A stretch of 59,130 nucleotides of DNA. Source: Nemertoderma westbladi (lineage: Eukaryota > Animalia > Xenacoelomorpha). Position 1 is the first letter of the stretch; every line of letters starts with the position of its first letter. A program made the translations under genes and the position numbers. Below the pieces are notes generated by a model, which was given only the letters and a program-made list of their open reading frames with translations, was not told where the DNA came from and made no database searches. The stretch spans positions 1 through 59,130 of the forward strand of contig JAUCBJ010003746.1 in assembly GCA_032718475.1 (NCBI GenBank), given 5' to 3'. Positions 1 through 10,100 of this stretch are shown piece after piece.

Positions 1-3000
1 CCCGGTGCAATCGCTGCTATCCTGCACCGCCCCGCCCTCGTCTCCAGGACCTCATCTTTACTCGAGACGGTAGTCACCGCCATTCTATTCGGCCTTGTCT
101 TTAGCCCTATCTCTTCGGCCACCCAGTTCTCCACCAGCGTGAAGGCTGCTCCGCTGTCGACCAGCATTAATGTCGTTACTGATCGGCCGCCCTCTCCTGA
201 TATCTTTACTGGTACTACCCCGAGTAGTACTTTTCTCTTCTTCTCCTCTTCTGTCGTGCTTGTGGCCATTGCCTGGCCTCCAGTCTCGGACTCTCTGACT
301 GCTGTTTCTCTACACTCTCCGGACCTGTGTCCTTCTACCAAACATCGATGACATAGTCCGTTTGCGTCTGTGTAGGCTATACGATCTTGTTTGGGCAACG
401 CTTGCCAGTGCTTACAACTCCTGGTCTTATGTGTTCCGTCCCGGTGTAATTGACATTCGAATCCTGGATTATAGCGTTCCCTGTATAGTCCTTCACGTAT
501 CGCGCGTAGGTTTATATGTACCGATTTAGTGTTTTGGTTGTCTGTATTCGGCCTACTGGGTACATTGGGATTATGTTTATTTATGGTGTTATTTTCTTTC
601 TGTCCCTGCCACGGTGTGGCCCTGCTACCAGCTAACTGTGGACTAGCAGTCCCCTGTGTGGCCGCATGTGGTAGTGATTGTCCTACTCTCGAGAATGGAT
701 CTGCAGGATCGTGTTCGGGTTTATGGCTTGTCCCCAAACTATCCTCGCTATAGACTGGGTCTGTTATTAATTCGGCTTCATAGTTCAAGAAGCTCGACAT
801 CTCTTCTAGGCCCGGTTCCACACCCTTCTCTTCCCGTGTGGAGAAAGCGATTTTCCTCCACTTCCTTCGTAACCAGATCGGCAGTGCCTGCGCTATCGTG
901 GTGATGTTGTTAGACGCGTTGAGTTCGTATGGTGCGTCCAACGTCTTTAACACGATCAGCGCCTTTTCAACTTTGTTAGCAAACGTCTTAATGCTAACGG
1001 GATTATCCTGTAGGCCACCCGTTGTTATGCCTCTCAGGGTTTGCCTGATGATCTTGGCTGGGTGCCCGTATTCCCTGTCCAGTGCCCGCCATGCTGTCGT
1101 GAAGCCCCCTTCTATACCCTGGTATTGCCTCACGATGTCGTATGCTGGGCCTCCCGTGTATACTTGCAGATACTTTAGGCACTCCGCCTGCGTCAAATTT
1201 TTTGTTAGTATCTCGTTGCTATACATGCGCCGAAACTGAAGATATTCTTCCGGCCTACTCCCATCGAATTTGAATGGTTCCACGGGTGGTAACTCGATCC
1301 TTGTTTTTAACGCATCGATTAACGTGGCCATCCCCACTGCTTGCGCCTCTAATGGGTTCGATGGGTGTTGCATGGTTTCCCTTGCTTGGTGCGGTCCACC
1401 CGTTCTATTCTCTGCTCTCCTCTGACTTGGGTATATCATTGGGGGTAGCGGCCCCCTCCATATTTCTGTGTCACACGATTTGTTTTCGTCCAAGGGATTC
1501 GTTCTCGCTTCTATCGGGGTATATTGTTGATATTGCGATGGGGGAATGTCACCCTGTCCCCCCCCCACCAATATGTTTGGTACTGGGGTTGATGTTAATA
1601 TATTGGGGCCCATGCATTTATCCGCAATAATTCCCCCCTCCCCTGGGTATATGTTATAACCTTTGGTGCTGTAGTCATACTGCTGCACTGGTACCGGTAT
1701 AGGCCTATCAGCTTCTGGCCTACCTACCGGAATGTATTCCGCGACTTCCGGGTCTAATCCCGTTGTCCGCGCTATCCTATCGCCTACGGTGCTCCTGTCA
1801 GCATGGCCTACGGTATGTGCAGTAAGGCCTGCAGTATGTCCTACAGTCTGTATGTGCTCGGAATCGAAGTTTATTCTTCTCGAATAGTCCTCCCCGCGGC
1901 TACCGTATTCTCGATCGGTAGGTACATCCCGACGGAAAGTTTCCCTTCGACCCCCTCTGCTGCTCTCTTCTTCGCGTCGGTACGTCACGTACCTCTCTCT
2001 CGGCGCGTAGTGCGCCTCGTCGGGTCGCGTCTCTCCGGGACGACGGCAATCTCCCGTAGTTCGACCCCACCGACTCTCTTCTTCCATCTCAATCACCGAC
2101 GGCTCACTATCCGTCCTCACTCTTCTATCGTTCGCGGCGATGCTTCTCCTATCATCTTCTCCTCTTCTTCCCTCAGTGCAGTATTCCCGCTCGTGAGATC
2201 TCTCGTTGACCTCCCGGTTAAACTCCACTGTTCTTCTTCTCTCTTCTGATCGGGCTTGACACTCCGTCCGCCCTCTCGCGGCGTCAACCTGCATCTCTCT
2301 GCTCGATCGCCCGCCGCTGGGGACACTCGCGGTCCCCCTATTACTTTCCGTCGCCGTGTGTTGCGGTTTACCTACTTCGGCCCGCGCATTATCCGCCGAC
2401 GCCTGTGGGACACTCTCTGCCCCCCCCCTCTCGTCACTAACTTCTCGCGGTGGGGTGCTCGTAGCCCCCCCCCACCCGCCACTTCTAACTTCGGTACCTC
2501 TTACTACACTCCTGTACCCTTCTTGTGGGGCGCTCTCCGCCCCCCCCTTCTCGCCGCTAATCTCACGTGGTGGGGCGCTCGGAGCCCCCCCCCACTCGCC
2601 ACATCTAACTTCACTATTTCCTACCTCGTCTCTACACTTTTCTCCCGTCGACACAACATTTACATTGGGGCTGGGTCCGCTTACCCCCGCCCCTCTCTCC
2701 ACTACTACCTGGCCTACCAGGCCTACTTCGGGTTGTCTCAACCCTGCCGATTCCGGCCTACTAACTACGAGGCCCACCAGGCCTACCTCGGGTTGGCCCA
2801 ACCCCGCTACTTCCGCCCTACTGACTACGTGGCCTACCAGGCCCACCTCGGGTTGGCTCAACCCCGCTGTCTCCGGCCTACCCACTGCGTGGCTTACCAG
2901 GCTCACCCCGGGTTGACTCAACCCCGCCGTCTCCGGCCTACTTACTACGTGGCCTACCAGGCCCTCACCCGCCGGGCTATGTGCGTTGGACACGTCTACA

Positions 3001-4973
3001 TTAATAATACCACTGTGACTATCCTGCGCACCAAAGCTAGAAACAATATGTTGCGTTATAACAGTATTCGGATTATTTTGTAAAATCGAATTCGGGTTAT
3101 TATTTAAATTATTTGGATCATTTTGTGAAATCGAATTCGGATTATTACTTAAATTATTTGGACTATTCTGTATAACTACATCACTAGAATTACTCTGTAC
3201 GTCAATATTAGAATCGTTCTGATTTAAAATAATATTATTACTATTAGGTAACGTATTTCCTGCAATAAAAATTTGGTTAGAGTCGTCCAATACAGTATTA
3301 TTAATATTAGCGTTATCTACTGTATTAGTGTTATTACCCCCCCCGCTCGTACGATCACACCAGTTTCGTGTCCGTAGTGTGGTCCCTGTCAGTGGAGTAT
3401 TAATAAACGTATCCACGGCCCCCGGCTCCTCTGAAATGTTCGAGCCTGCCCCTCTCTCAGACACTCCTGCCCGCGCCCGTTCCACCTCGCGCGCGTGTAC
3501 AGCCGTATACTCTACGAATTTGTCTCGCTGTTTCTCTAACTCTATTCGGCCACTCTCCACTCTTATTACTTTCTCCTTTGACTCTCGTTTTTCCTGCTCG
3601 ATCAATTCCAGCTCTCTCCTAATCCCCTCTCTTCTTCTCGCCTTACGCTCTTTGCGTTCACTTTCCTCTCTCGCCTCACGTTTCTCGCGTTCGCTTTCCT
3701 CTCTCGCCCCTCGTTTCTCGCGTTCCGCATCGCGTCTCTCCTCGCGTTCCCTTCGTTCCCCTCTCTCTCTCGCCTCGCGTTCCTCGCGTTCTCTCTCGCG
3801 CTCCGCCTCGCGTTTCTCGCGTTCTGCTTCGCGTTTCTCGCGTTCTGCCTCGCGTTCTCTCTCGCGTTCCCTCTCTTCCCTCAACTCTATCTCCTCACAC
3901 TCCCTAAGGTTCCTCGCGGCCCTTTCGCCCCTCTCCCTCAACTCTTTAATCGACACCGTTTCCCTCTCTAGCATCACTCTCCCCTCCTCTAGCCGTCTAC
4001 CTAGTTCTCTATTCGCCTCTACCACTACATTGAAACGGTGTCTAGCCTCTATCTCTCTCACCCGTCTTTCTTTTTCGGAGGATGTAACAGACTTATCGGT
4101 TGCGACGGATTCCCTCCGCCTTCCCGACCCGCTGGCTCTCCCCCCCTTTCCGGAACTCCCTCCGACCGACGAGACCGAACCCGCGGGGTCAACCTCGGGT
4201 TCGCCCTCCTCTGGTCTGTTCCAACCTACTGTCTTTATACCCCGGGCATCGATTAAGTATGGCCCTAAGTACACTACCCTAGGTTCTATACTCCCATACC
4301 GCCATGAGTCATACAGTTCCTCGGCGACCCAAGTCGCTCTCTCCTCGGCCAATCCTCTCTGCCCGAAGCGCACTAGATAATATAAATGTCTATTCGACTC
4401 ACCTAGTCCTAGGTTCAGTTTTACCTCGTCTATCCTCTTCCCTTCTCTGGCCTCCTTTATCAGTCTCCGGGTCGCGTTGTAGGCCCGTCGAAGTCGCTCG
4501 GAAACCCCGACGTCCTCGTCGCCGACCCCTCGTCCGTCTCTCCGGGTTCGACGTCGTACCGGCGGCCCCACCGTCGCCGTTCCGGTGGGCCGTGCGTCGC
4601 CCTCGGCCTGCGGTTGGCTGGCGACATCGGTGTCGACATCCCCGTCGTCTCTCCGGGTCCGGCGTCGTACCGTCGGCCCCACCGTCGCCGTCTCGGTGGG
4701 CCGTTCGTCGCCCTCGGCCTGTGGCTGGCCCGCGACGTCGGTATCGACATCCCCGCTGTGTGTCGACTCGTCTCTCTCTTCCTCGAGCCCGATCTCTCTA
4801 TCCTCCGGCTCGATCTCTGGTTCCAGGCGGTCCCCCTCTACTCGAATCCCCGGTTCGCCCGGTACGGATGGCTCCGGTGTCGTGGGCGTATATCGCCTGG
4901 TCGCGGCCTCGCGGATCGTTAGATCGTCGTCGTCCGGGGTCCGCGTGGGTGTCACTTCACCCGACTCGCTCAT
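1..4973 (-). CDS. BEL/Pao retrotransposon 1 gag-protease polyprotein, 3'-partial (runs off the left edge), >1,650 aa
   Basis: First ATG at 4973, in-frame stop upstream at 5007-5009. Hand translation gives a DUF1759-like Gag core (LPPVEPFKFDGSRPEEYLQF, ~1240-1293), knuckles CQLHRDGTHKTRSC and LCHRCLVEGHRSGEC (~310-460) and an aspartic protease (VLLGVVPVKISG...MLVDSGAAFTLV, ~130-230). Segments I translated have no stop, and the frame is absent from the ORF track, as expected if it is open to the edge. Confidence 0.88.
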   Translation of the reverse strand, partial: MSESGEVTPTRTPDDDDLTIREAATRRYTPTTPEPSVPGEPGIRVEGDRLEPEIEPEDREIGLEEERDESTHSGDVDTDVAGQPQAEGDERPTETATVGPTVRRRTRRDDGDVDTDVASQPQAEGDARPTGTATVGPPVRRRTRRDGRGVGDEDVGVSERLRRAYNATRRLIKEAREGKRIDEVKLNLGLGESNRHLYYLVRFGQRGLAEERATWVAEELYDSWRYGSIEPRVVYLGPYLIDARGIKTVGWNRPEEGEPEVDPAGSVSSVGGSSGKGGRASGSGRRRESVATDKSVTSSEKERRVREIEARHRFNVVVEANRELGRRLEEGRVMLERETVSIKELRERGERAARNLRECEEIELREEREREREREAEREKREAEREKREAEREREREEREARERGERREREERRDAEREKRGAREESEREKREAREESERKERKARRREGIRRELELIEQEKRESKEKVIRVESGRIELEKQRDKFVEYTAVHAREVERARAGVSERGAGSNISEEPGAVDTFINTPLTGTTLRTRNWCDRTSGGGNNTNTVDNANINNTVLDDSNQIFIAGNTLPNSNNIILNQNDSNIDVQSNSSDVVIQNSPNNLSNNPNSISQNDPNNLNNNPNSILQNNPNTVITQHIVSSFGAQDSHSGIINVDVSNAHSPAGEGLVGHVVSRPETAGLSQPGVSLVSHAVGRPETAGLSQPEVGLVGHVVSRAEVAGLGQPEVGLVGLVVSRPESAGLRQPEVGLVGQVVVERGAGVSGPSPNVNVVSTGEKCRDEVGNSEVRCGEWGGAPSAPPREISGEKGGAESAPQEGYRSVVRGTEVRSGGWGGATSTPPREVSDERGGAESVPQASADNARAEVGKPQHTATESNRGTASVPSGGRSSREMQVDAARGRTECQARSEERRRTVEFNREVNERSHEREYCTEGRRGEDDRRSIAANDRRVRTDSEPSVIEMEEESRWGRTTGDCRRPGETRPDEAHYAPRERYVTYRREEESSRGGRRETFRRDVPTDREYGSRGEDYSRRINFDSEHIQTVGHTAGLTAHTVGHADRSTVGDRIARTTGLDPEVAEYIPVGRPEADRPIPVPVQQYDYSTKGYNIYPGEGGIIADKCMGPNILTSTPVPNILVGGGQGDIPPSQYQQYTPIEARTNPLDENKSCDTEIWRGPLPPMIYPSQRRAENRTGGPHQARETMQHPSNPLEAQAVGMATLIDALKTRIELPPVEPFKFDGSRPEEYLQFRRMYSNEILTKNLTQAECLKYLQVYTGGPAYDIVRQYQGIEGGFTTAWRALDREYGHPAKIIRQTLRGITTGGLQDNPVSIKTFANKVEKALIVLKTLDAPYELNASNNITTIAQALPIWLRRKWRKIAFSTREEKGVEPGLEEMSSFLNYEAELITDPVYSEDSLGTSHKPEHDPADPFSRVGQSLPHAATQGTASPQLAGSRATPWQGQKENNTINKHNPNVPSRPNTDNQNTKSVHINLRAIREGLYRERYNPGFECQLHRDGTHKTRSCKHWQALPKQDRIAYTDANGLCHRCLVEGHRSGECRETAVRESETGGQAMATSTTEEEKKRKVLLGVVPVKISGEGGRSVTTLMLVDSGAAFTLVENWVAEEIGLKTRPNRMAVTTVSSKDEVLETRAGRCRIAAIAP
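2404..3170. repeat. In-frame coding repeats in the element 1 Gag: 120-bp x2 (2404-2620), 60-bp x~5 (2700-2965), 60-bp x2 Asn-rich (3065-3170)
   Basis: Visible units such as ggcctaccaggcccacctcgggttgg recurring every 60 bp, encoding PEVGLVGHVVSRAEVAGLGQ-like 20-mers on the minus strand. Confidence 0.85.
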
Positions 4974-6696
4974 CTTTTGTCTGTTGGTGGCTGGTGGTAT
5001 CTGAGTCTATTAGGCTAGGGCAGCAGTTGTTGTTTAGTTACTGTGACGGGATCATCCGGAGATGAACCCGATTTATCCTGTTTTAGCTCACGCGTCCCCG
5101 CCGTGTGAAAGAGTGTAAGTTGAGGTTACTGTTGTTCGTTATATTGTGATCTTGAGACGCGATATAGATATAGATATAGATTGATGTTATACACTGACGT
5201 TCACAGGTTGACGGGATGACGGTAACTAAAATCCCGGTACTTCCCTAATTGTAACTTACTGTACCACCAGTAACACTGAGATAACTGAGGTAATATGATT
5301 ACTGCTTACTGGTTATATCGCACGGTGGCCTTATTGCTACTCAATCGGTGCCAGCCCCCCTCTGATTGGTTGCTACCCTTGTTGGCGCCCTTTGAGGTGT
5401 TCCCGTTCACCCCAGCTATTCTCTTCCTTGTCAGGATACTAACCCCTGACCCTTATTGTGTGCTTCTCCTTCCCATTCTGTTGGGGAGACACGAGTTGGT
5501 TTGGGACCTAATCTCGTGTCCCCCAATATTGCTTATTGGCTTAACTTTGTGGAGTATTGGCGGGATTGATTCGCTAACAAGGCTAGCGGACGTCGCTGCC
5601 TACCCCTCTCGGCCCCCGGACAGCGCAAGATCCTCAGCGCTGGTGTACTTTCGCCGATGTGCCTATCGCCAACGTAGTAGCTGCACAACGACCACAACAA
5701 CCAGCGCGAGTCACTCCACCGTCCGTCCCAAAGGCTTAGATTTACTTCAGGTTCTTACTGGAGAGTTAGGGCTACTTTCACAATTGCGACTCGCTACTGT
5801 AAACACACTTTAGTAGTAACATTCACCTATAAACACACAAATTCCACACAACTGTCACAAACCGCACACATTCGGGCCATTTGTCCGTTAGTCAAGTGCC
5901 TTCCAGAATGCCACGCTATTATTGGGTATCCTGTGATACTAGCAGTATGCTATTTATTCCTTATGCTATTCAATGGGGCAAGCCTTTATTGTTATTTTAA
6001 CTCACTTCTAATTCTAGCGTGGTTGTTGCCATGGTGACATTATGGAAAGCTAGCAGTAGAATTAGGGTAATTCTCATGCATACAGATCTGGGATGCTATT
6101 TAATAGTAATTCTTTAATTGTCAATACTCCTCTTTATACATGATTTTATGAATTTTATCGGCTATTGACTATATATTGGAGATTCTCGCACACTAATACA
6201 CTTATAATAGGGTGAATCTCCGCTCCCATGATCTATTAATTTATGGAATTTTGGGAATGTTATAAATTGTATAAAAATGACAATTAATCAAATTCATTAA
6301 AAAATGAATTTAAATTTATTCCCGTAAATTTTATTATTTAATATTAAATAGACACAATTTTATTCCAGAACATGTCTGGGGACTAGGATCCTTGATTCTA
6401 GGAAATTGGTCTTTTTAAGAATATCGGTAAGTGCTACGATATCTTAATAGACTAGAATTTTAAAGGATCTAAAATTTGACAGATTTTATAAATATTAATA
6501 GTTAATATTTAGGATGGGCACCAGTTTATTCCAGAACTATTCTGGGGACGTTAACCACTGATTCTAGAATTTTGTCTTTCAAGTATATCGGTGGGTGCCG
6601 CGATATCTTAATCGACTAGAATTACAGATGGTCAAAAGGTTTAACAGATTTATTTTGCGTTTTACGCTACTGTTAAAGGGACATCACGCTACTATA

Positions 6697-7160
6697 TGTA
6701 TTATTTAATATACGGTATGAGAGCAATATCACAAGAAGCAATGTCAGTGAGAAGAGGCAAGTCGTTTCCAAGGTCTACCCAGAGCTTGGTTTAGCCGAGA
6801 CACGAGGATCTGAATTTTGCATTCCTAATACTCTACTTACCAATAATACTTGAATATAGTAGGAGCTTTATTGTACTTTAATAAGTATGGATATTTCATC
6901 TTACTGTAGTCACGTATTTATAATATGATACGGACAGTAAGGAAAGAGAAAAAGAATTATTTCTCGCCGTCGCACTAAATATATAATATATAAGTAATTA
7001 AGTAATAAACACTAATATATATTGCACTAATCTACTAAATAATCGCTAAAATAACATTCTACTAAATAAAATTAAAGAAAACGATTATAATAAAATTACA
7101 TAATAATACATACATAAATATAAAAATAATGAAACAAACATAAAATAATATAGTCACACA
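6697..7160 (-). mobile_element. LTR (~460 bp) at the 3' end of BEL/Pao element 2
   Basis: On the minus strand a purine-rich tract (GGAGTGGG, ~7161-7168) follows the pol stop, then TGTG... The segment ends ...ATACA at 6697. TATAAA at ~6917-6922 lies upstream of AATAAA at ~6867-6872. No second copy was found in the window, so the left boundary is inferred. Confidence 0.65.
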
Positions 7161-7176
7161 CCCACTCCAGACGCTG

Positions 7177-10100
7177 TTACGTTGGGGAGTCCCTAGATGT
7201 TTGTTGGATTAGGGAGGTGGTCGTGGGAAGAGTATCTTGCCTTCCATAGTTTCCAGAGAGTTCTCTGTCTCTTTCCAGTAAACATAAACGACCAACTGGG
7301 CGATTGAGCTGCTGCGTCTCGAAGACAATTCCCGGTTTCTTAAAGTTACGTCGCATGACGACGAGTTCTACCGATCGCACCAAACCATCATCCGAGATGT
7401 GAGTCTCGATGATACGACCTGTCTGCCACCGCTTACGTGGAAGATCTGAATCCACAATAAGGACCATGTCTCCAGCGCTGACGTTTTCTTGCTGCGCAAA
7501 CCACTTAGTTCGAAGTTGTAGCGTGGGCAGATAATGTTTTTCGAAATGGTCAGCGAAACGACGGGATAACAACTGCATAAGTTGCCAAGTTTGCCGGCAG
7601 TATTCGTCTCCGTCTGTGATTTCCGATCGTGGGAGCATGGCTACAGGTTTCTTCAGTAGGAAGTGCGTGGGTGTTAGCGCTTCCAGGGAATCGGGACTCG
7701 ATGAGACTGGCATAAGCAGTCTCTCGTTGATATAGGCGGCGATTTCCTCCATTAACATCCGCAAAAGTTTGCGGCACGGCACTATAAAGTGAAATGCGGT
7801 CTTCACGCTCCTGATTAATCTCTCCCAACTTCCTCCCCACCAAGGGGCGTCGGCGGCGTTGAAGGTCAAGCTAGACGCTGTTACCCTTAGCTGATCATCC
7901 ACCTGTCTTTGGTTCCAGTCTTTGACGTAAGCCTTGATTTCATTGTTGGCACCAATGAAGTTTGTTCCCTTATCAGATCTCATCGTGTTACTAGTTCCAA
8001 AGCGAGCGATCTGTCGTCGTAAGCTCAATAGGAAGCTGTTGGTAGATAAATCGTTCACTATATCGAGATGGATAGCTCTACAAGTCATACAGACAAAGAT
8101 GACACACCATCTCTTGACTATAGTCCTAGCACGATATACCTCAATAGGGCCAAATAAATCCACACCGGTATTAGTAAAGGGTGGTTCATAGAAGCTTACT
8201 CGTTCCCTAGGTAATTCTGCCTCTCGCTGTGTTAAAGGCCTACTGAATGCTTTCCTACAGGGTATGCAGTTCCTAAGAACTTGGTTCAGAGCTCTACGGG
8301 GTTTATAAAAATAATAGCGAGTTCGAATTTCGCTAAGAACTCGTTCTCTACCAGCATGATAAAGTTTGGTGTGAACATCTACAATCATCTTGATTTGTAT
8401 TTCAAGATTTCTAATGAGTATGGGAAACTTAGCGTCAAAGGATAATGGAGCATTAGTTAATCTTCCTCCAACACGTATCAACCCATCTATCATAGTGCTA
8501 GAGAAACGATCCCTTAAGCGCATCTGTGGATTTCTCAACAACAGGAAATACTTATCGGAATCCTCATAGCATTGCAGGAGTCTCAGCATCTGCTTATTGG
8601 TTTCTTCATGCTCCTGATAACTGATCTTCTCCTTCAGAAACCTGTCGGATATCTTATATTTGGGAAGATCTTTAACAACATGGACCTGCACAGATGTCAG
8701 TGGAGCGGTATCACTATTGGTCTTCGTCCTGGAGTAGTGATGATGAAAACATCGCTTTAAATATGTAACGGCCTTACAGAGCCGATTCCAGGAACTGTAG
8801 TGATATATCGCTCTCTGCAGGAGAGGTGAGAGTCCTTGCGAGACATCTGGTATTCCAGATTTCCAATCCCTCTCTCTGATTTCCACAACAGACTTATTTG
8901 TGGCTGTGGGTTTCGGATCCAAAGCGTCGTCTCCGGAAGTGTGTAGTACAGACAGATCTACCACGGGTTTAAATAACTTCGATTTACTCGCCCGAGTTTT
9001 AGGTTTGACTTTCTCCGCTCCCTTGGCCTGTCTAATCTCCGCCGTAGTAAGATGAGGAGGCCATTCATCCTCTTCTTTGCTTAGGAAGTCGGGTCCACCT
9101 AACCAGTCTGGAGTATCTATCAGTTCTTGTGGAGTTGCTCCCCTGGAGGCGATGTCTGCTGGATTAATCGTTCCGGGGCAATGTCTCCATTGATCCATCT
9201 TCGTGCGACTAAGTATAATGGCTACTCTGTTGGTAACGAAGACGCTGAACTGACAGACTTCATTGGTTATATACTCCAACACGAGTAAAGCATCGGTCCA
9301 ATAGACAGTTTTCTCCAGTGGATATTCGATCTGTTCTGTTACATTCCGGCCGATGGCTGTAGCGTATAGAGCCGCTTTTAACTCCGCTCGAGGAACTTTC
9401 AACTTGTTGTTTATCAATGCCTTAGAGGTAACCAAGGCGACTTTGATTCCATCCGGAGTTTCCACTCTCAGGTAGGCTACTATACCTATTCCCATATCGC
9501 TGGCGTCTCCAAACACATGGAGTTGATAGGAATATGTAGGGAGAACATGACCAAAATATGAACGGGAAATTATAAAGTTCTCGATGGCTGGTAGAGAATC
9601 TTCCCATTTCATCCACCTCTTTAATAGTTCTCCCTTAAGTGGATCGTCCCATGAGTGGTTTTCAAGCCACATTTGTTGTACTAAACTCCGAGCAATCAAT
9701 ATAACTGGGCTAATAAATCCCAATGGATCGAAATAAGTGCTCAGGATACTTAAACAAATCCGTTTAGTCCGAACTGGATTATCTCGCTGTTTTAGCTGGA
9801 AAAACAGGATATCTCTCTCTGTGTCCCATTTCAAACCAAGTGTCTTGGTTTCTGGAAGATCGTCTTTGATTAGGTCTAGATCTTTCGCTCCTCGATCTTC
9901 TACCGGGATCGATTCCAGAAACTCACGGGAGTTGCTGGTGAATTTAGTTAATCGAAATCCACCTCTTTTTAAGCACTCTACCGTTCCTTTGGCGACATCA
10001 ATGGCTTCTTCAACTGATGGAAGGGACTTTAAATTGTCGTCCATGTATATATCCCGTTTGATGTTGTCGATCACCTCTTTAGAGAAGGCGTCCCGGTTGT

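Larger units (their letters stand above)
1..6696 (-). mobile_element. BEL/Pao LTR retrotransposon 1: internal region with ~1.7-kb 5' leader
   Basis: Gag-PR ORF above. The leader 4974-6696 contains a diverged ~175-bp tandem duplication (~6357-6480 vs ~6525-6650) and abuts the LTR at 6697. Confidence 0.75.

Noticed and set aside
139-5065. Many plus-strand ORFs (e.g. 3328-4380, 2256-3083, 4304-5065)
   Set aside because: Antisense shadows of the minus-strand Gag frame; Ser/Arg/Pro-rich with no motifs.
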